The notes under the pieces: generated by a model | Seen by the model: only the letters and a program-made list of their open reading frames with translations | What the model was told of the DNA's origin: nothing | The model's database searches: none | NCBI RefSeq assembly: GCF_036321535.1 | Contig: NC_087438.1 | Location: forward strand, 1,180,001-1,244,000 | Reading direction: 5' to 3' | From: Camelus dromedarius | Lineage: Eukaryota | DNA length: 64,000 nt | Shown: positions 62,600 to 64,000 of the stretch, piece after piece | Layout of the letters: every line of letters starts with the position of its first letter | Position numbering within the stretch: the stretch's first letter is position 1 | Translations under genes and position numbers: made by a program

Positions 62600-63016
62600 A
62601 CGATGTCTGTCCACAGTCACCCTCGTGCTTGGATATCCGCCTCTTGTGATGGGATGTGAACACCCATCGTGTACACCCCACGCTGAGTCTGGGATGGTCC
62701 CCTGTGTGTGTTTGGGCAACAGAACCTGGCAGGGTGATTGTGAGACAATCCCGGGCCCAGGACCCTGCTGGCTGACTTGAGATCATCGTGTGAACCAGCC
62801 CGAGCTGGCCTGGTGGGTGAAGACAGGCCCATGGCCCTGCTGACAGCCGGCTGCCCTCCTGACAGGTGACCGGGGCCACCCCAGGCCCAGCAGAGGTCAG
62901 CCCGGCCCATGTCTGCAGACCCGCAGAGCTGACCGGTTACCTCATGAGCCCTTGGGAACCTACCGCCTGAGTCGCAGAGCACGGGGTGGGTGTGACGCAG
63001 CCAGAGGTGGCCGGCA
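62600..63016 (+). mobile_element. MLT1 (older subfamily) LTR remnant
   Basis: tctgggatggtcccctgtgtgtgtttgggcaacagaacctggcagggtgattg...gggcccagg and terminal agcacggggtgggtgtgacgcagc resemble MLT1F-J landmarks. Confidence 0.45.
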
Positions 63017-63634
63017 TGGTCTGTCCCAGAGTGCGGCCCCCTCTGCATCGGGACAAGGAAAAGGGGCTCCCTGTGGAGATGGTCCTTCCCACAGGCACAC
63101 CCACGAAAGCAGATGACCGGTGACCTGGGACAGACCCAGCACCACAGGCCCTGAAGGCTGGACCCTGGGAGAGGAAGTGCGAGAAACTAAAGCCCTACGG
63201 GGGCCCGTCCCACTGCAGGGCTGAGCTGCGGGTCAGACCTGAGGCGGAGGGAGGCGAGGGTCTGAGCCGTGTGAGACCCTGAGGCTTTGACTCAGTCAGG
63301 CTGGAGGTCTTCATATGATAAATGAGCATCACTTGGAACCAGGGACTGGGAGCCCAGGGATTTGGCCAAGGTGCCTGGGAGGCCGGGATGGAGTCCAGGG
63401 CCTGGCTGGGGGTGACACGTGACCAAAGGGTCCCCATGTGCCCCCGCCTCAATAAATCAGCCCCACGGATTTCAGAGGCGGGTGTGGTGGGAGGCCCCTG
63501 AAGGGCGTGTGGGCCTGCTGGCGGGCTCTCTGAACACGGCCGTGGCACTGAGGCTTCATTCGGGATCAGGGGAAGCACCTGGAGGTCTCTGGGAGCAAAG
63601 ACGGGATAAGAATGTATTTCAGAAGCTTGAACTC

Positions 63635-64000
63635 TGTGACAGCTCATCGTGTCTCAGGACAGACCCCCATGTCCTCCACCTGCCTCTTGTCTGTAGAAAA
63701 CCTTAGCTCTCTAGGCTTCCTCGAGTTCCAACGAATAAATTTAATCAGAGAAGTGAGAAAACGCAGGAAAAAAACAGTCAAGCAAGACAAACTAGTCATA
63801 GCTCAGCCGCTAAACAAAGTCAAGGACTCTCAGCTCCTCCTCAAGGGCTGTGGGCAATGCTCTGAGCCTCGTCCTTTGAGCTGTTCTGCAGACACCGAGG
63901 CCCCCACCCGGGGGAAGAGGCTGACTGCGTGCTGCCCCCTGCCCGTGGACCCAGATCAGCTGGAACCAGAAGGGGGATGATGCCGACGCCCGGTGACCTC
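63635..64000 (+). mobile_element. Cetartiodactyl ERV1-type LTR, running off the window end
   Basis: aataaatttaatcagagaagtgagaaa...aacagtcaagcaagacaaa...aaacaaagtcaaggac...cctcctcaagggct...tcctttgagctgttctgcaga matches an LTR family I recall from cetartiodactyl genomes. Confidence 0.65.

Noticed and set aside
61963..62879. Several 200-aa minus-strand ORFs
   Set aside because: GC-rich sequence partly within an MLT1 remnant, with no domain or splice support.

Overview
This is a GC- and CpG-rich eutherian genomic window with no intact protein-coding gene that I can support. It is most likely cetartiodactyl and plausibly camelid, judged from the L1 3' UTR at 53.9-54.7 kb, the ERV1-type LTR at the right edge, and no visible Bov/PRE1/CHR-2/Alu SINEs. 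The left 5.5 kb holds a CpG island with CTCF-like motifs. Downstream of it on the minus strand lies what reads as a decayed multi-exon gene: splice sites at 4821/4484, 3713/2792 and 2543, a SAM-domain-like N-terminal segment, and many stops and frameshifts. The remaining ~58 kb is gene-desert-like, with old interspersed repeats (L1M fragments, one ~5.3 kb degraded L1, HAL1, L2, MIR, MLT1/MLT2 LTRs, a Tigger MITE, MER81). These alternate with repeat-free, AT-rich blocks dense in homeodomain/SOX motifs that look like conserved developmental enhancers, the strongest at ~49.2-50.5 kb. Two TSD-flanked retro-insertions carrying non-repeat, polyadenylated sequence sit inside the large L1. Repeat family names come from recalled consensus sequences, and no database search was run.
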